The notes: generated by a model from the letters alone, not told the origin. A DNA stretch of 64,000 nt from Nostoc sp. (GCA_036918135.1 JBALDB010000048.1:32001-96000), one strand, 5' to 3'. Shown: positions 40,520 through 52,500, numbered from the stretch's first letter. A program made the numbers and translations.

Positions 40520-41395
40520 ATGGCTCATTTAAATCAGCGTCGTACCCAAAATGCCAACGGCGATTTTTATGTAGATAGTACTTGTATTGATTGTGATACG
40601 TGTCGCTGGATGACTCCGGAAGTTTTTTATCGTGTTGATGAACAGTCAGCAGTTTATCATCAACCAACAAATGAAGCGGAAAGATTAGCGGCGCTGGAAG
40701 CACTTTTGGCTTGTCCTACTAGTTCTATTGGCACAGTTGAAAAACCAAAAGATATCAAAGTTGCTCAGGAAAGTTTTCCCAAATTAATAGAGGAAAATGT
40801 TTATCATTGTGGCTATCATTCTGAGAAATCCTACGCTGCTGCTAGCTATTTTATTCAACTTCCAGAGGGTAATATTTTAGTCGATTCTCCCCGATTTACG
40901 CCGCCTTTAGTCAAGCGTTTAGAAGAAATGGGTGGAATTCGTTATATGTACCTAACTCACATTGATGATGTTGCAGATCATCAAAAGTTTGCCGAGCATT
41001 TTCAATGTCAACGCATCCTCCATGCTGATGATGTTTCTGGGGGTACTCGCAATGTGGAAATACAGTTAACTGGTTTTGAACCATTTAGCTTGACTGAGGA
41101 TTTATTAATTATCCCAGTTCCAGGTCACACCAAAGGACATACAGTTTTACTTTATAAAAACAAGTTTCTGTTTACTGGCGACCATCTCGCTTGGTCAGAA
41201 AACTTGCACCAATTGGCTGCATTCCACGGTTTCTGCTGGTATTCTTGGTCAGAACAAACTAAATCAATGCGTAACTTGGCTAATTACTCTTTTGAGTGGG
41301 TGCTACCAGGTCATGGACGGAGGTTTCATGCTGATAGGGAAACTGTACGCCAGCAGATGCATAAGTGTATTGAGTTGATGGAGTCTTTGAAGTAG
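40520..41395 (+). CDS. MBL-fold metallo-hydrolase with N-terminal ferredoxin-like domain
   Basis: CIDCDTC..ACP, LTHIDDVADH, PGHT, TGDH and PGHG. Confidence 0.9.
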   Translation: MAHLNQRRTQNANGDFYVDSTCIDCDTCRWMTPEVFYRVDEQSAVYHQPTNEAERLAALEALLACPTSSIGTVEKPKDIKVAQESFPKLIEENVYHCGYHSEKSYAAASYFIQLPEGNILVDSPRFTPPLVKRLEEMGGIRYMYLTHIDDVADHQKFAEHFQCQRILHADDVSGGTRNVEIQLTGFEPFSLTEDLLIIPVPGHTKGHTVLLYKNKFLFTGDHLAWSENLHQLAAFHGFCWYSWSEQTKSMRNLANYSFEWVLPGHGRRFHADRETVRQQMHKCIELMESLK

Positions 41396-41513
41396 ATTTG
41401 CTGCTGAGAATTGTTGATTTGGGTGTAAGGTTAAAGTTGGGATTGAAGTTGGCGATCGCCTGCACCCTTGCTTCTTCCATAATGTCAAAATTTATACAAT
41501 TATCTGAAGATTA

Positions 41514-42404
41514 TTACTCTTGAACATACTCAAACAGAATTTTGAGATATTTGTCTAAAGATTTGTATGGTACTTCTTTCCTCCACATGGCAGCTGAGCG
41601 GGCGTAGCAGATGGGATGGTGGATGGGTATAAACACAACTTGGGGATGAGGCAGTGCTTGTGCCTCGTTCGGCATAATGGCTACCCCTTGCCCTGCAGCA
41701 ACCAGAGCAATCATTGAGGCATGGGTATCGGCAAACAGGTGCAGGTTTGGCGTGAATCCCGCTTTGTGGCAATTACCACAGATACGCTCGTTCCGCCCAG
41801 GAAATGTTTCTTCAGACATCCCAATAAATTTTTCAGATGCAAGTTCAGCTAGATTAATTGAGGATTGATGTGCTAGTGGATGTGTATCCGCTAATAGAGC
41901 AGCAATCGGCACTTTCTTAATACATTTGACTGTAAACTCTTCTTCTAATTCATCCGGTGGATTGCCCATAAAGCTAATATCTATCGTGCGATTTCGCAAT
42001 GCTCTGACTTGCTCGCTAGGTGACATCTCCTGCAAACGCACAACAACTTCAGGATAGGCATGTCCAAAGCGATGTAGGGTTTTACCAAGAAAAGTTTCGA
42101 GGATGGTTGGGATGTAGCCAATAACCAAAGGCTCATCTGTATTTGCGTAATGAGTCTTAAGGGTTTGCACTGCGATATGACTACGATTCAAAATATCTTT
42201 TGCTTGTTCAAGAAAAAATTTACCTGCTTGTGTGAGTATCAATCCATCAGATTGTCTAAGAAACAGCACAATATCCAGCTCATCTTCAAGGTTTTTGATT
42301 TGACGGCTTAAGGCAGGTTGTGAAATATACAGCCGAATGGCAGCACGGCTAAAATTGAGTTCTTCTGCAACGGTTACAAAATATTTTAGATGCCGCAATT
42401 CCAT
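41514..42404 (-). CDS. LysR-family regulator (BenM/CatR-like)
   Basis: MELRHLKYFVTVAEELNFSRAA..SQPALSRQIK. Confidence 0.93.
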   Translation of the reverse strand: MELRHLKYFVTVAEELNFSRAAIRLYISQPALSRQIKNLEDELDIVLFLRQSDGLILTQAGKFFLEQAKDILNRSHIAVQTLKTHYANTDEPLVIGYIPTILETFLGKTLHRFGHAYPEVVVRLQEMSPSEQVRALRNRTIDISFMGNPPDELEEEFTVKCIKKVPIAALLADTHPLAHQSSINLAELASEKFIGMSEETFPGRNERICGNCHKAGFTPNLHLFADTHASMIALVAAGQGVAIMPNEAQALPHPQVVFIPIHHPICYARSAAMWRKEVPYKSLDKYLKILFEYVQE

Positions 42405-43144
42405 AAGTTTTATCGGGTATGCCTAAAAGTTATAGCTAGGATAATTATAAAGTATTGGACTTTACACGTGTATTCTATTACGCTCAAATCTTATAGGCCT
42501 AGATTTTTAGTAATTAAATTACGTTAGCTATTTTTCTGTTTTTATCTTTTAATTAGGGGAATATTATCCGAACAGTTCGGTCAATTTTTTGCCGATCGCT
42601 ACTCATCCAGTTCTTTTTAAAATATTATTTTACCTTGACCTATTTTTAACTTTCTTAGTTGAGAGACAATGTGTTTGCATTGAATATCCCAGGATTGACA
42701 ATTTTTAACGCTAAAAGATAGATGCAATAGTCAAATGTAGAGTACAAAAGAAAATACTCAATTCCTCAATTTGATTTGAGAATATACTTTTACCAGTAAA
42801 ACAACACTCAACAATGCTCTGTTAACTTATGAGTAAAAGTTTAAGAAAGTTAGCGAATTAATCGTTACTAATCAGTTAGTGCAGCCACTAATTTATTTTA
42901 AATATCACAATTAAATTTTTATAAAATCTGATTTTTTTAAAACACTTATTTTTGGGTAGACTAAAATTTTAAGTTTTTTAGTAGATTGATTTAGTATCAG
43001 AAGTACTGAATAGGTATGAAAGTCAAGATAGTTAGCAGTAAAAAGGTAATAAATATAAGAGAATGATTTTGAAATTTTACTGTTATTAACATACAAGGTT
43101 TTAATATAATTCTGGCAAATATAAATAGATATAGGCAAGCCAAA

Positions 43145-44071
43145 ATGGGGAAATCGATAAAAAGAGCAACCAGGTTGAAATTAGCAATTGATTTAAGAAG
43201 TTCTATTCTTCGTACCATTTGGTGGCGTGTAATAGCTACTATGATATTTGCTTTGATAATTGCGATCGCCTATCACAAAGGATTTATTGTAAACCTACCC
43301 CATGAAGCTAGTTTAATCCCTGGAGTCATCCTTGGGCTTTTACTAGTTTTCAGAACTAATACAGCTTATGAAAGATTTTGGGAAGCTTGTAAAATTTGGC
43401 ATGACTTACTCAATGCTAGTCGTATTTTATGCCGAAATATTTGGACAATTATTCTGGTAAACGATCCAGAAGATTTGAGTATAAAAATATTTAGTCTGAA
43501 ATTGGTAGGAATATTAATAATAGCAATTAAATTACATTTGAGAAATGAAAATCTAGATTATACAATTGAACAAGCACTTACTAAAGAGCAGTATTTAGAA
43601 TTAAAGCAAGCTCATAACAGACCAATAAAAATTATTAATTGGTTTGCCGAGTATTTTGGACATCTTTATCACATCCAAAAATTAATGCCATATTTATTGT
43701 TTGTAGAATTAAATCGTTCTTTAGACAAAATAACAATGTTATTTAGTGGTTGCGAACTAATTTTACAAACACCCCTACCTAGACTTTATTCAATTTATTT
43801 AAAATATTTATTATTGTTATATTGTTTTGCTTTATCTTTTGAAGTTGTACAACAGTTAGACTGGTTCACTATCCCGACTGTAGGAATTATTAGCTTTGCA
43901 TTATTAGGAATAGAAGATATTGGGATGAAACTTGAAAATCCTTTTATTTACGAACTCAAGGAATTACCTTTAGATAGTTTTTGCCAAAAGCTACAAGATG
44001 AAATTGAAATAGAGTGGATTAGCTGTGAGCAAAATCAATTTTCTTCAAAAATAAACTTTAAAGAAGAATAG
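43145..44071 (+). CDS. Bestrophin-like (UPF0187) channel
   Basis: LLVFRTNTAYERFWE, QTPLP and GIEDIG..ENPF. Confidence 0.88.
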   Translation: MGKSIKRATRLKLAIDLRSSILRTIWWRVIATMIFALIIAIAYHKGFIVNLPHEASLIPGVILGLLLVFRTNTAYERFWEACKIWHDLLNASRILCRNIWTIILVNDPEDLSIKIFSLKLVGILIIAIKLHLRNENLDYTIEQALTKEQYLELKQAHNRPIKIINWFAEYFGHLYHIQKLMPYLLFVELNRSLDKITMLFSGCELILQTPLPRLYSIYLKYLLLLYCFALSFEVVQQLDWFTIPTVGIISFALLGIEDIGMKLENPFIYELKELPLDSFCQKLQDEIEIEWISCEQNQFSSKINFKEE

Positions 44072-44219
44072 CGATCGCTCCAACCAATCTAGGTTATTTA
44101 CAGCAGATTTCAAGTTGCTCGACTAGCCAATAAATCTCAAAACCAGGTATCAACTGTGTTTGACAAAAAATAGGGTGTGGGATGTAAGTTTAAAAATAAA
44201 AAATTTTACCTGATGTCCA

Positions 44220-45377
44220 TTAAACCTTAATTCTTGCAAACAAAGATTCGTATTGTTTGGTTGCTGATGGAGATAAGGGAAGCAAAAATTCGCTTCTATC
44301 TAAAACTGAGCGATCGCTTTGTAATAAACTTAGTAATGGCTTTTGGATATCGGAAGCGGTAATATTTGTAGAAATTGGAGAATTACTTTTAGTTAATAGA
44401 GAAATTTGCTTAGCAGTGTTTGGTTGCCAACAAAAATCAATCCATCTATCTGATAAAGTATTTATACCAACCCCTGCTGGACGTACCCATAAGTCTGCCC
44501 AAATTGCCGTTCCTGACTGGGGAATAACCGCTACCAGTTGGGGATAACGTCCCAAAATTGGTAATACATCGCTTGACCAACCGACTGCTAGCCAAGTATC
44601 TCCGATAATTAGAGGTTCTAAGTAGTCAATGGAACTATAGAACTTTACTTGTTGGTTTAATGTTTGTAATTCCTTTTCCAAGGCTGGCACTTGGTCAAGA
44701 TTTTCAGTATTGTAAGATTTTCCTAGCTTCTTTAAAACCAAACCAATAACTTCTCGTGGTTGATTGAGTAGGGAAATCCGTTGCTGCAAACCATCTCGCC
44801 ACAAATCACTCCAATCTGTGGGCGTCCATCCCAATTGTCGCAACTTATCACGGTTATAAACAATCACTGTGCTACCCCAGCGATAAGGCGCACCCCAGAT
44901 TTTTGCTTGAGTATCCAGGTCACCTTGGTCGTTGCGCGTCACCAATTTTTTCCATTTTTCATCTAAAGCAGACCATTGCTTTAATTGGTTTGCTTGTAAC
45001 TCTTGCAGTGGTTGAATCAATTTCTGTTCGATAGCTGCTTTTAGCCAATAATCTCCCAATGTTACTAGGTCGGCAGGAGGAGTTTTTCCATCTTGCCTAA
45101 AGGGTATGAAACGACGCCATCCTTGCTCATCATTGGCTTTTGGTTTCTGCTGCCAATTTTGCAATTGCCCAAATAAATCCTCTATCTGCTTCACAGGAGC
45201 AAACTTCAACTCCACCTGCTGCTGCAAACCTTTGTGGAATTGATTAACCACCTGACCTGGTATCGAACCTTTTAATAACTGTACTTTTAATTGAGCCTGC
45301 TTGTTTCCACCACAGCCAAAAAGCAGTTGTGAAGTTGTCAGCGTACTTATACCTAGTAAAAAAGACCGTCGATCCAT
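44220..45377 (-). CDS. PotD-like extracellular solute-binding lipoprotein with Tat signal
   Basis: MDRRSFLL..LFGC, APYRWG, WLAVGWS and WADLWV. Confidence 0.85.
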   Translation of the reverse strand: MDRRSFLLGISTLTTSQLLFGCGGNKQAQLKVQLLKGSIPGQVVNQFHKGLQQQVELKFAPVKQIEDLFGQLQNWQQKPKANDEQGWRRFIPFRQDGKTPPADLVTLGDYWLKAAIEQKLIQPLQELQANQLKQWSALDEKWKKLVTRNDQGDLDTQAKIWGAPYRWGSTVIVYNRDKLRQLGWTPTDWSDLWRDGLQQRISLLNQPREVIGLVLKKLGKSYNTENLDQVPALEKELQTLNQQVKFYSSIDYLEPLIIGDTWLAVGWSSDVLPILGRYPQLVAVIPQSGTAIWADLWVRPAGVGINTLSDRWIDFCWQPNTAKQISLLTKSNSPISTNITASDIQKPLLSLLQSDRSVLDRSEFLLPLSPSATKQYESLFARIKV

Positions 45378-45731
45378 TGATTTTGGATTTGAGATTTCTA
45401 ATTATACCTATATTAAGCAGATATTCACGAGAGAGTAACTGTCTCGAAAGTAGAGTTGTAAAATTTTCAGCGTTTTTTGTTTGTAATAACCATAAATCTG
45501 AACATTCGACTCAAATAGCGAGTTTTTATGTAAATGACTACCTCTAGACTGATTTTTCTCAACAAATTTGCTTAGTCGTACTTATACTAAATCTTGACTT
45601 AATATTTAGAAGTAATGATTTAAATGTCACATTGCCACAAAAAATATGAATACTTAAATAATCCATAAGTATAGTTAAGATTGTCAGTAAATTGAATAAC
45701 ATAGAAGACAATGTGCCAACGAGGGTATTGA

Positions 45732-46106
45732 ATGGAGCCATTACAAAAGCAAATCTTGATTTTGAGCCAAAAACTGGATGCCCTCTGCCAAGTAATTGAG
45801 CAGCTTGACATAAAAGTAGCTCAAACTTATTCAGAGTGTTCCTTAGCGAATACACAAGCAAAGAATAATTCTCAGGAAAATAACGGTACTGGAGGAAACC
45901 AGTTCAAAGGACGTATCAATTCAAATTCAGAAATGGAACATAAGGATGTATTAACAGATGGCATTTATATAGACATGCATCGTCAGGGTGGAGATAATAA
46001 CTTAACACCCGAAGTTCAAATACAACGACTCACAGCGCAATTAACAGCAGCATATAATCGGATTGCTGCCTTGGAAGAACAATTACTTAGAGAAAGAATT
46101 CATTAA
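45732..46106 (+). CDS. Conserved cyanobacterial coiled-coil protein
   Basis: MEHKDVL and LTPEVQIQRLTAQLTAAYNRIAALEEQLL. Confidence 0.75.
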   Translation: MEPLQKQILILSQKLDALCQVIEQLDIKVAQTYSECSLANTQAKNNSQENNGTGGNQFKGRINSNSEMEHKDVLTDGIYIDMHRQGGDNNLTPEVQIQRLTAQLTAAYNRIAALEEQLLRERIH

Positions 46107-46135
46107 TTCAGTCAATATTCATAAGTTCAAATATT

Positions 46136-46163
46136 AACCGGAGCTTAAGAAGTTTCCGGTTTT
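46136..46163. terminator. Terminator hairpin between convergent genes
   Basis: AACCGGAG..TTCCGGTT followed by a T run. Confidence 0.55.
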
Positions 46164-46164
46164 G

Positions 46165-47361
46165 TTATTGGTAATTAACCAAGCTCAGCCGTTCGAGTTG
46201 GGCTTCAATTGCTGCTAAAAGTTGGTGTTGCTGCCAATCTTGGCTAAGATGGGCAGCGATGGAAGCTGCTCCAGCACCCATACCTTCTTTGACAAAGCCC
46301 TGCTCATAAGCTCTGAGTTGGGGATAACGAGAATCACTAAAGTTGAGAGCAGTTGCTAAAAGGGGAGGAGTTGCTGCAATCTGTGTTGAACTGCCTTTAC
46401 TAAAGCTCAGGGCTAAGTCAACAGTAGCGCCAGTAGGATCTTCTGCCACCCAGCGGGTTGTACCTACAACTACTTGTTCTGGCTGCCATGAAAAAGCGTA
46501 AGCTTGAGCGATCGCACTCATTAGCGCATAAACCGCCAGCATTTGCGTCCCTCCAGCCAGCAGGACACCACAACTGCGACTAGCAGCGATCGCCATTCCA
46601 GCCACCACCACTTGCATCGGATCGCCCACAGCAGCGACGAGTTTTAGAGGATCTACAGAATTTGGGATTGGAAATTGGAAGTTTATCTCCTCCTGCCCCC
46701 TGCCCCCCTGCTCCCTGCTTTCCCTCATCCTCTCCAATCCAGCTTGTACTAATGTCCACTTTTGCGTGTGGTTACAAACAGGGTGGCTACTGTTAACTTT
46801 TCCCGCAGCTTCTATACCTAAACCAGTTAAAATTGCCAAAGCAGTTGTAGTGCCTCCAACGACGCACTCACCGATAATCAGATATCCCTGTTGAATATTG
46901 GCAGCAAGGCGTTCTCCCCAAAGCAGCCCTTGTTTAAGCAAGTGATGCACCGTTGTGATTTCCATAGCATTACCTCCACTTAAGCACTTAGCCCAAGTGC
47001 CACCCAAATCAATTACTGGTACAGCAGGAGCCTGAGGTAAGCCAGCATTAAACAAATGCATTGGTATTTTTAATGACTCAAATACAGCACGAGAAATCAA
47101 CACAGGGGAAGCCCCAGCTGCCAATGGTGGTAATGGATATTGGGGCTTATGTTCTGCCCCATAATACAAAAACTCCGCATCAGCACAAGCAGTATATTTT
47201 CGATCCTCTGGAGTGCGACCTGCTGCTGAAATTCCTGGAATCAAACCAGTTTCAGTAAATCCTAAAACACAGGCAAATACAGGCAGACAACTACGATACC
47301 GTCGCAACCATTCTTCAGCCTGTTTTTTTTGAGTATAAATACGAATTTGGGAATTGGGCAT
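46165..47361 (-). CDS. cobT: Nicotinate-nucleotide-dependent phosphoribosyltransferase (CobT, cyanobacterial/archaeal type)
   Basis: IPGISAAG, GECVVGGTTTA, KVNSS, LAGGTQM and YEQGFVKEGMGAG. Confidence 0.88.
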   Translation of the reverse strand: MPNSQIRIYTQKKQAEEWLRRYRSCLPVFACVLGFTETGLIPGISAAGRTPEDRKYTACADAEFLYYGAEHKPQYPLPPLAAGASPVLISRAVFESLKIPMHLFNAGLPQAPAVPVIDLGGTWAKCLSGGNAMEITTVHHLLKQGLLWGERLAANIQQGYLIIGECVVGGTTTALAILTGLGIEAAGKVNSSHPVCNHTQKWTLVQAGLERMRESREQGGRGQEEINFQFPIPNSVDPLKLVAAVGDPMQVVVAGMAIAASRSCGVLLAGGTQMLAVYALMSAIAQAYAFSWQPEQVVVGTTRWVAEDPTGATVDLALSFSKGSSTQIAATPPLLATALNFSDSRYPQLRAYEQGFVKEGMGAGAASIAAHLSQDWQQHQLLAAIEAQLERLSLVNYQ

Positions 47362-47539
47362 GGGGCATAGGGCGTAGAAAGAGGGGGAGCAGGGGAGGCA
47401 GGGGGAGAAATAATACCAATTCAAAATTCACGCATTAAGAAAGCCAAACAGAACAAAGGTATGTCCGTATGTATCTGTCGCATTCTTATTTCAAATTGGT
47501 ATAACTAATGACTAATGACCAATGACCAATGACTAATGA

Positions 47540-48277
47540 CTATCCTTCATAATCCATGAGGACTTGCACCCAGTGTGGTGGGCGGGAAATGGGGTTGCCC
47601 AGGCGGTCAAAAAGCAGCCATGCTGCTAGGTGTACTACAAAAAGATAGATAAAGTTATTGAGTACAATCAAAGCGATCGCCCCTATTTGAATTAAAAACA
47701 CACTGGGACTCGCCAATAAACTCAGCTGCAAAAATACCCACTCGATAAAGTCACTCACCTGGGTAATCACATAAATCCAGAGGTCTTCACCTGACAACAC
47801 AGACAATAACCACAACCGAAAAAATACTCCTAAAGTACCCAATAGCGTACCTAAGGTGATGGAAACAATCCAGGGAACACGACGACGATACCATGCTGCC
47901 CCCAAAAGCACGCCCATAAATCCGTAGGGCATGACAAACAGCAAACTGCGGGCTGGCCCCATCAGTACCGTCAGCAGTAATCCAGAAGTGAGTGCTGCCA
48001 TCCATGCTGCTCGTTTGTCCCAACGGAGATAAACTAAAGCGATCGGCACTGGAAAAAATATCCGCAAAACTGGCCCCAAGGGAAAATAAAAATTAATAAA
48101 CCAAATTAGGCTAGCAGTACTGGCTAAAAAGGCTGTTTCCACCAACCTTAAGGGTGTATCAGCCTTGAGTTGAGGACGGGTTAGCTGTTGTTTGTCTAAC
48201 CAATGATTAGCAGCAGTTTCAGATTCCGGCGCTGGTTCGTCCTCTGGCTCATCTGGCAGAGAATTTAAAATGCTCAT
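47540..48277 (-). CDS. DUF2232-type membrane protein
   Basis: LVETAFLASTASLIW..PVPIALVYLRW; multiple TM segments. Confidence 0.8.
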   Translation of the reverse strand: MSILNSLPDEPEDEPAPESETAANHWLDKQQLTRPQLKADTPLRLVETAFLASTASLIWFINFYFPLGPVLRIFFPVPIALVYLRWDKRAAWMAALTSGLLLTVLMGPARSLLFVMPYGFMGVLLGAAWYRRRVPWIVSITLGTLLGTLGVFFRLWLLSVLSGEDLWIYVITQVSDFIEWVFLQLSLLASPSVFLIQIGAIALIVLNNFIYLFVVHLAAWLLFDRLGNPISRPPHWVQVLMDYEG

Positions 48278-48291
48278 ATTTTGACAAGTCG

Positions 48292-48957
48292 TTAAACTAT
48301 CATCCTTTCCAAGGCTGACATATCAGGAATACAGATAATATCTTGATCCCGTTTAATCAAGCCTTTTTTTTCTAGCCTTGTCAATACTCGCGTCACCGTT
48401 TCCCTTGCCAGTCCGCTCAAACTGCTCAATTCCCGATGAGGTAAATTCGGGATTTCAGTTCCTGTTTGCCCTTTTTTTCCCTGTCCTTCTGCTAAAAACA
48501 GCAATGTATCTGCTACCCGCGACTGACTATGAGATTCCCGCAAGCGTAATCGCCGATTCACTTGCTGCAAACGCTCTGCCATCAGTTTTGCTAATCGCAG
48601 TCCTGCCAAGGGTTCTATTTTAAGTAAATTACTAAAATCTGTAGCAGGCATACTACCAATTACTGTTGGGGTGAGGGTAATCACATCAGTGGTTCGACGC
48701 TTTTCACTCAGAACTGCCATTTCACCAAACAATTCCTCTTTGCCAAGAATATTCAGTGTTACCTCTTTCCCTTCTAAATTATAAGTACGAATTTTTACCC
48801 ATCCCTGTTTGAGAAAATACACAGCACCACCCCAGTCATTTTCTAATACAATCACTTGATTAGCTGGGTGAGTGCGGGTTACAAGATGGGTTAGGGCTGC
48901 TTCTACAACTGCTTCTGGCAAACCCTGAAAAAAGGAGGGCACATATCGGTCTTCCAT
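48292..48957 (-). CDS. Crp/Fnr-family transcriptional regulator (cyanobacterial CRP type)
   Basis: cNMP domain LFGEM and HTH LSSLSGLARETVTRVL. Start MEDRY. Confidence 0.92.
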   Translation of the reverse strand: MEDRYVPSFFQGLPEAVVEAALTHLVTRTHPANQVIVLENDWGGAVYFLKQGWVKIRTYNLEGKEVTLNILGKEELFGEMAVLSEKRRTTDVITLTPTVIGSMPATDFSNLLKIEPLAGLRLAKLMAERLQQVNRRLRLRESHSQSRVADTLLFLAEGQGKKGQTGTEIPNLPHRELSSLSGLARETVTRVLTRLEKKGLIKRDQDIICIPDMSALERMIV

Positions 48958-49507
48958 TAGGACATTTTTTATCAAGCTGCTATATACACACGACATACAA
49001 GAGCATTCTTTTGAGCCTAAGCTATCAAAGTACAGCCCCCTTTAAACAATAAAAATAACCTATGCTTCACAACAAAGCGATCGGAGCATTTTTCTCAACA
49101 ATCTTTACCTATGGGTTTAAATAAAGTAAAAGTTTTGCAAAAACTAGTTTATAACCTGCCGAAGTATCGCTTAGGGGGTAGCTGCACTGCAAACTTGATT
49201 ACTCTTGATTACTTAAAAATATAGGCAAACAACATTCATCATACTCAAGCTAGTAAATTATTGCTCACATATTTTAGCGGTTTTGAGCAATCAAGCTAAG
49301 CTTGGTGAACAAACACTGACTGAAGATTGCCACTCCTGCCAGTAATCCATAACATAATGACAGTCACAAGTCCAAGTAGCGGCTTTTGCCACTCAAAACT
49401 TTTCCGATGGTGGACGCTCTTGCTAGCTTGCTTAAGAGTAGGGGTACGGTGATTGTAAAGTAATTGTCACACTAGTTGACGTACAGTTCTAGTTAAGGTG
49501 ATGAAAA

Positions 49508-52500
49508 GTGACTTCCAGTGCAGATGAAATTCAAAAATTGATCGCAGATATTGACAACTTACTTGCCAATGGTGGCAAGCGCCTGTCTAGATTTTTGTCT
49601 GGTCAGGGACAAGAACCTAAAGAGCTATTAGAACGAATTCGCGACTTTTTGATCGGGCTACAAGAAAAAGCAGTATTAGAAGGCAGTATTGAAAATCAGT
49701 CATTGAGAGAGCCGCATTCGCCTTTGTTAAAAAAATTTGTCGATCAAAGTCATAACCAGCTTTTACTACCACCGTCTGAATCTACTCAAGAATACAGTAC
49801 TGTTGAGGCAGGAGAATTAAAAACTGAATTTTCTAGACTGATACAGCCCTTACGAGCAGAATTAGAAGGACTATTACAAGAACGAGCCACTCTCGTACAA
49901 GAAATTCGGCAGCTAGAGCAAAAGCGATTGCAAAACTACTCTCTAGCGCAGCAGTTGACAAACCAAGAGCAGATGATTACCGAGTTTTTACAGGTACTCA
50001 TGAGTCGCCTTGTGCCAAGTTTCACGCCATTGGTAACACCAACTTCCGCAAATTCCCCAAGTTCTTCTGGAGAAATTAATCGCAGCAACTCAGAATCAGT
50101 AACTTTTGCAACTCAACCCTTTTTAGAATCCCCAGACCGTGTAGAGCAATTAAGCCAGCTGGCTCAAGATTTAGATCGACGCCTGTTATCACTAGATGGG
50201 ACTGTGAATGTTGTCTTTGAGGCATTACAACACAACATTAATACCTATTACGAGTCCTTATCGCAAGCACTGGCAAGAATGCATAGCAAGGGAATACAGG
50301 GCGAACAGTTGATAGCTAGCTTTCTCAACAATTTGACCCAGTATTTGCAGCAACAATCCCCTACTGAATCATCTTTATTGGGAGTAGAAGCTGAAACATT
50401 ACCTGAATTACTGGCTCAGCCAACTGATATCAATGCCGAAGCTCCCCTCCAACTCTTAGAACTGATACAGCCAGAAACTTCAACAATCAATTCTGAGCAA
50501 CAGAATACCACCCTCACAGAAGATTTAGATGCAGTGCTGTTACAGCTTGGCTTAGACTCGTCTCCATCTTCTGAAAGTCCAGTTGAATTACCAGAAGATA
50601 TTTCTACCTTAATTGCGGATGAAGTAGACCAACTTTATGCCAGTTTGTTTGGTACTGGTAATTCACCAACTTCTGTTACAACTTCTCCATCAACCTTGAA
50701 TATTCCTGAGGAAATGCCTGTTGTGCCTGCAACTGAGGCTGAGGAGATTATGACACATGATACATCCCTTGCTCAGGTAGACACAGATGTTGTTGATGTC
50801 AGCAATGCCCAAGCTGCCGTAGAAACAACAGATTCAAAAGAAGGACTATTTTTTGCAGAAGATACTAACCTAGCCTCAGCACCAGAAACGGCAACAAACA
50901 GTTTGCTTGTGCAAAACACTCAGCCAGAAGTTGCTGACACAATTAATACCTTGACTGATTTATTGCCTGATGTCGGTACTGAAGAAGTTTTGGAAGTACC
51001 CTCGTCTGTGAATAATGCCACAACTACGGCATCAGTCACTCCAGAAATACCAGAAATTGCGATCGCCATAAATCCCACAGACGACCGCCAAGAATCTGCT
51101 TTAGATAACTATATTCCAGCTTCCCCACAAGAAAACTTACTTAGTTTAGAGTCAAATCAGGTTCCAGTCATCCCTGATATTTCCTTAAATGAAGAACAGT
51201 TGCAGCAATTAGACCGGGATTTGACTAATTTCGCTCGACAGCTAAATTCTGAGTTGCAACCAGCTACTAACTTAGATATTTCCTTAGATGTTGGTAAAAC
51301 TCAAGACACAATCTCTACAGTTTCCCCTGAGCAACAATCAGAAAATCTGCAAATAGCAACAAACAGTTTGGTAGTTCCTCAGGAAGAAACTAACTTAGAT
51401 TTAGACTTAAAAACTGAAGAAAAGCAACAGACAACTTCTGTTGTAGAAAGTTCTTTAGCTGCAAATTCTAACTTCATAAACAATACAGAGGTTTCAGCCG
51501 ACGTTCTCCAATCAGTCTGGTATTTAGGAATAGATTTGGGTACAACAGGAATTTCCGCCACATTGTTAAATAGTTCTTCTTTAGTTGTACATCCTATCTA
51601 CTGGTCAGCAGAAAACCCACCGGGAACAACTTCTTTCCAGCAATCATTTCGTTTACCAACAGAGGTTTATCTGCCCACAGCTTCCGTACCTCACGGTGAA
51701 AATGAAAGTATCGAAGCACACGAGCAGACAGCACCAGCGGCTGTTGCCCAAGAAAAGAATCCTGCACCATCAAGAGCAACAGCAGATTCGACAAACAATC
51801 TTTACTCAGCACAGTTGAAGCCTTATTTACAAGTAGCCATTCCTTACAAGAGCGAACGGCAAAAATGGGAACCTGTTTTACAATTAAATGAATTTTCGGC
51901 AGGGCCATTAATTTGGGTTGTGCGATCGCTCTCGAAGCTACTGTTAACTCTCAAGTGCGATCGAGCTAGTACTACTCCTAGTTTAATTGCTGTTGCTGTT
52001 GGAATTAGCGAACAAAATTTTTCTCAGATTATTAATAATATTGCTGGTGTAATTTGCACTTGTCCATCTAGTTGGTCAGAACAATATCGCTTCAATGTCA
52101 GAGAAGCTGTACTCACCAGCAAACTGATTCAACATCCCCAGCAAGTCTTTTTTATCGAAGAAGCGATCGCTAGTTTACTCCCGGAACTCGATGCCGCTAA
52201 CGGTGAACCAATAAAATTAAAATTAAGCCAAGGTGAAGATTCTCATCCGGCAAAAACCAGCGAACATTCCCTTGTGGGTAACACTCTGGTGATTAATATT
52301 GGCACAACTGCTACAGAAATGTTGCTAGTCGATGTACCAGAAACCCTGGTGCAATTGACATACAATGATTTCATGCTCCACAGTTTTGCCTATGCCGGCA
52401 AGGGAATTGAACAAGACATTATCTGTCAGCTGCTTTTACCACCTAAATCTCGGCAATCACGTTTAGAAACCCAAAGCGAAAGCAAAACTGCCACAACTAA

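Noticed and set aside
42911..43218. Two minus-strand ORFs in the AT-rich spacer
   Set aside because: Composition is typical of spurious AT-rich ORFs, and one overlaps the bestrophin start.
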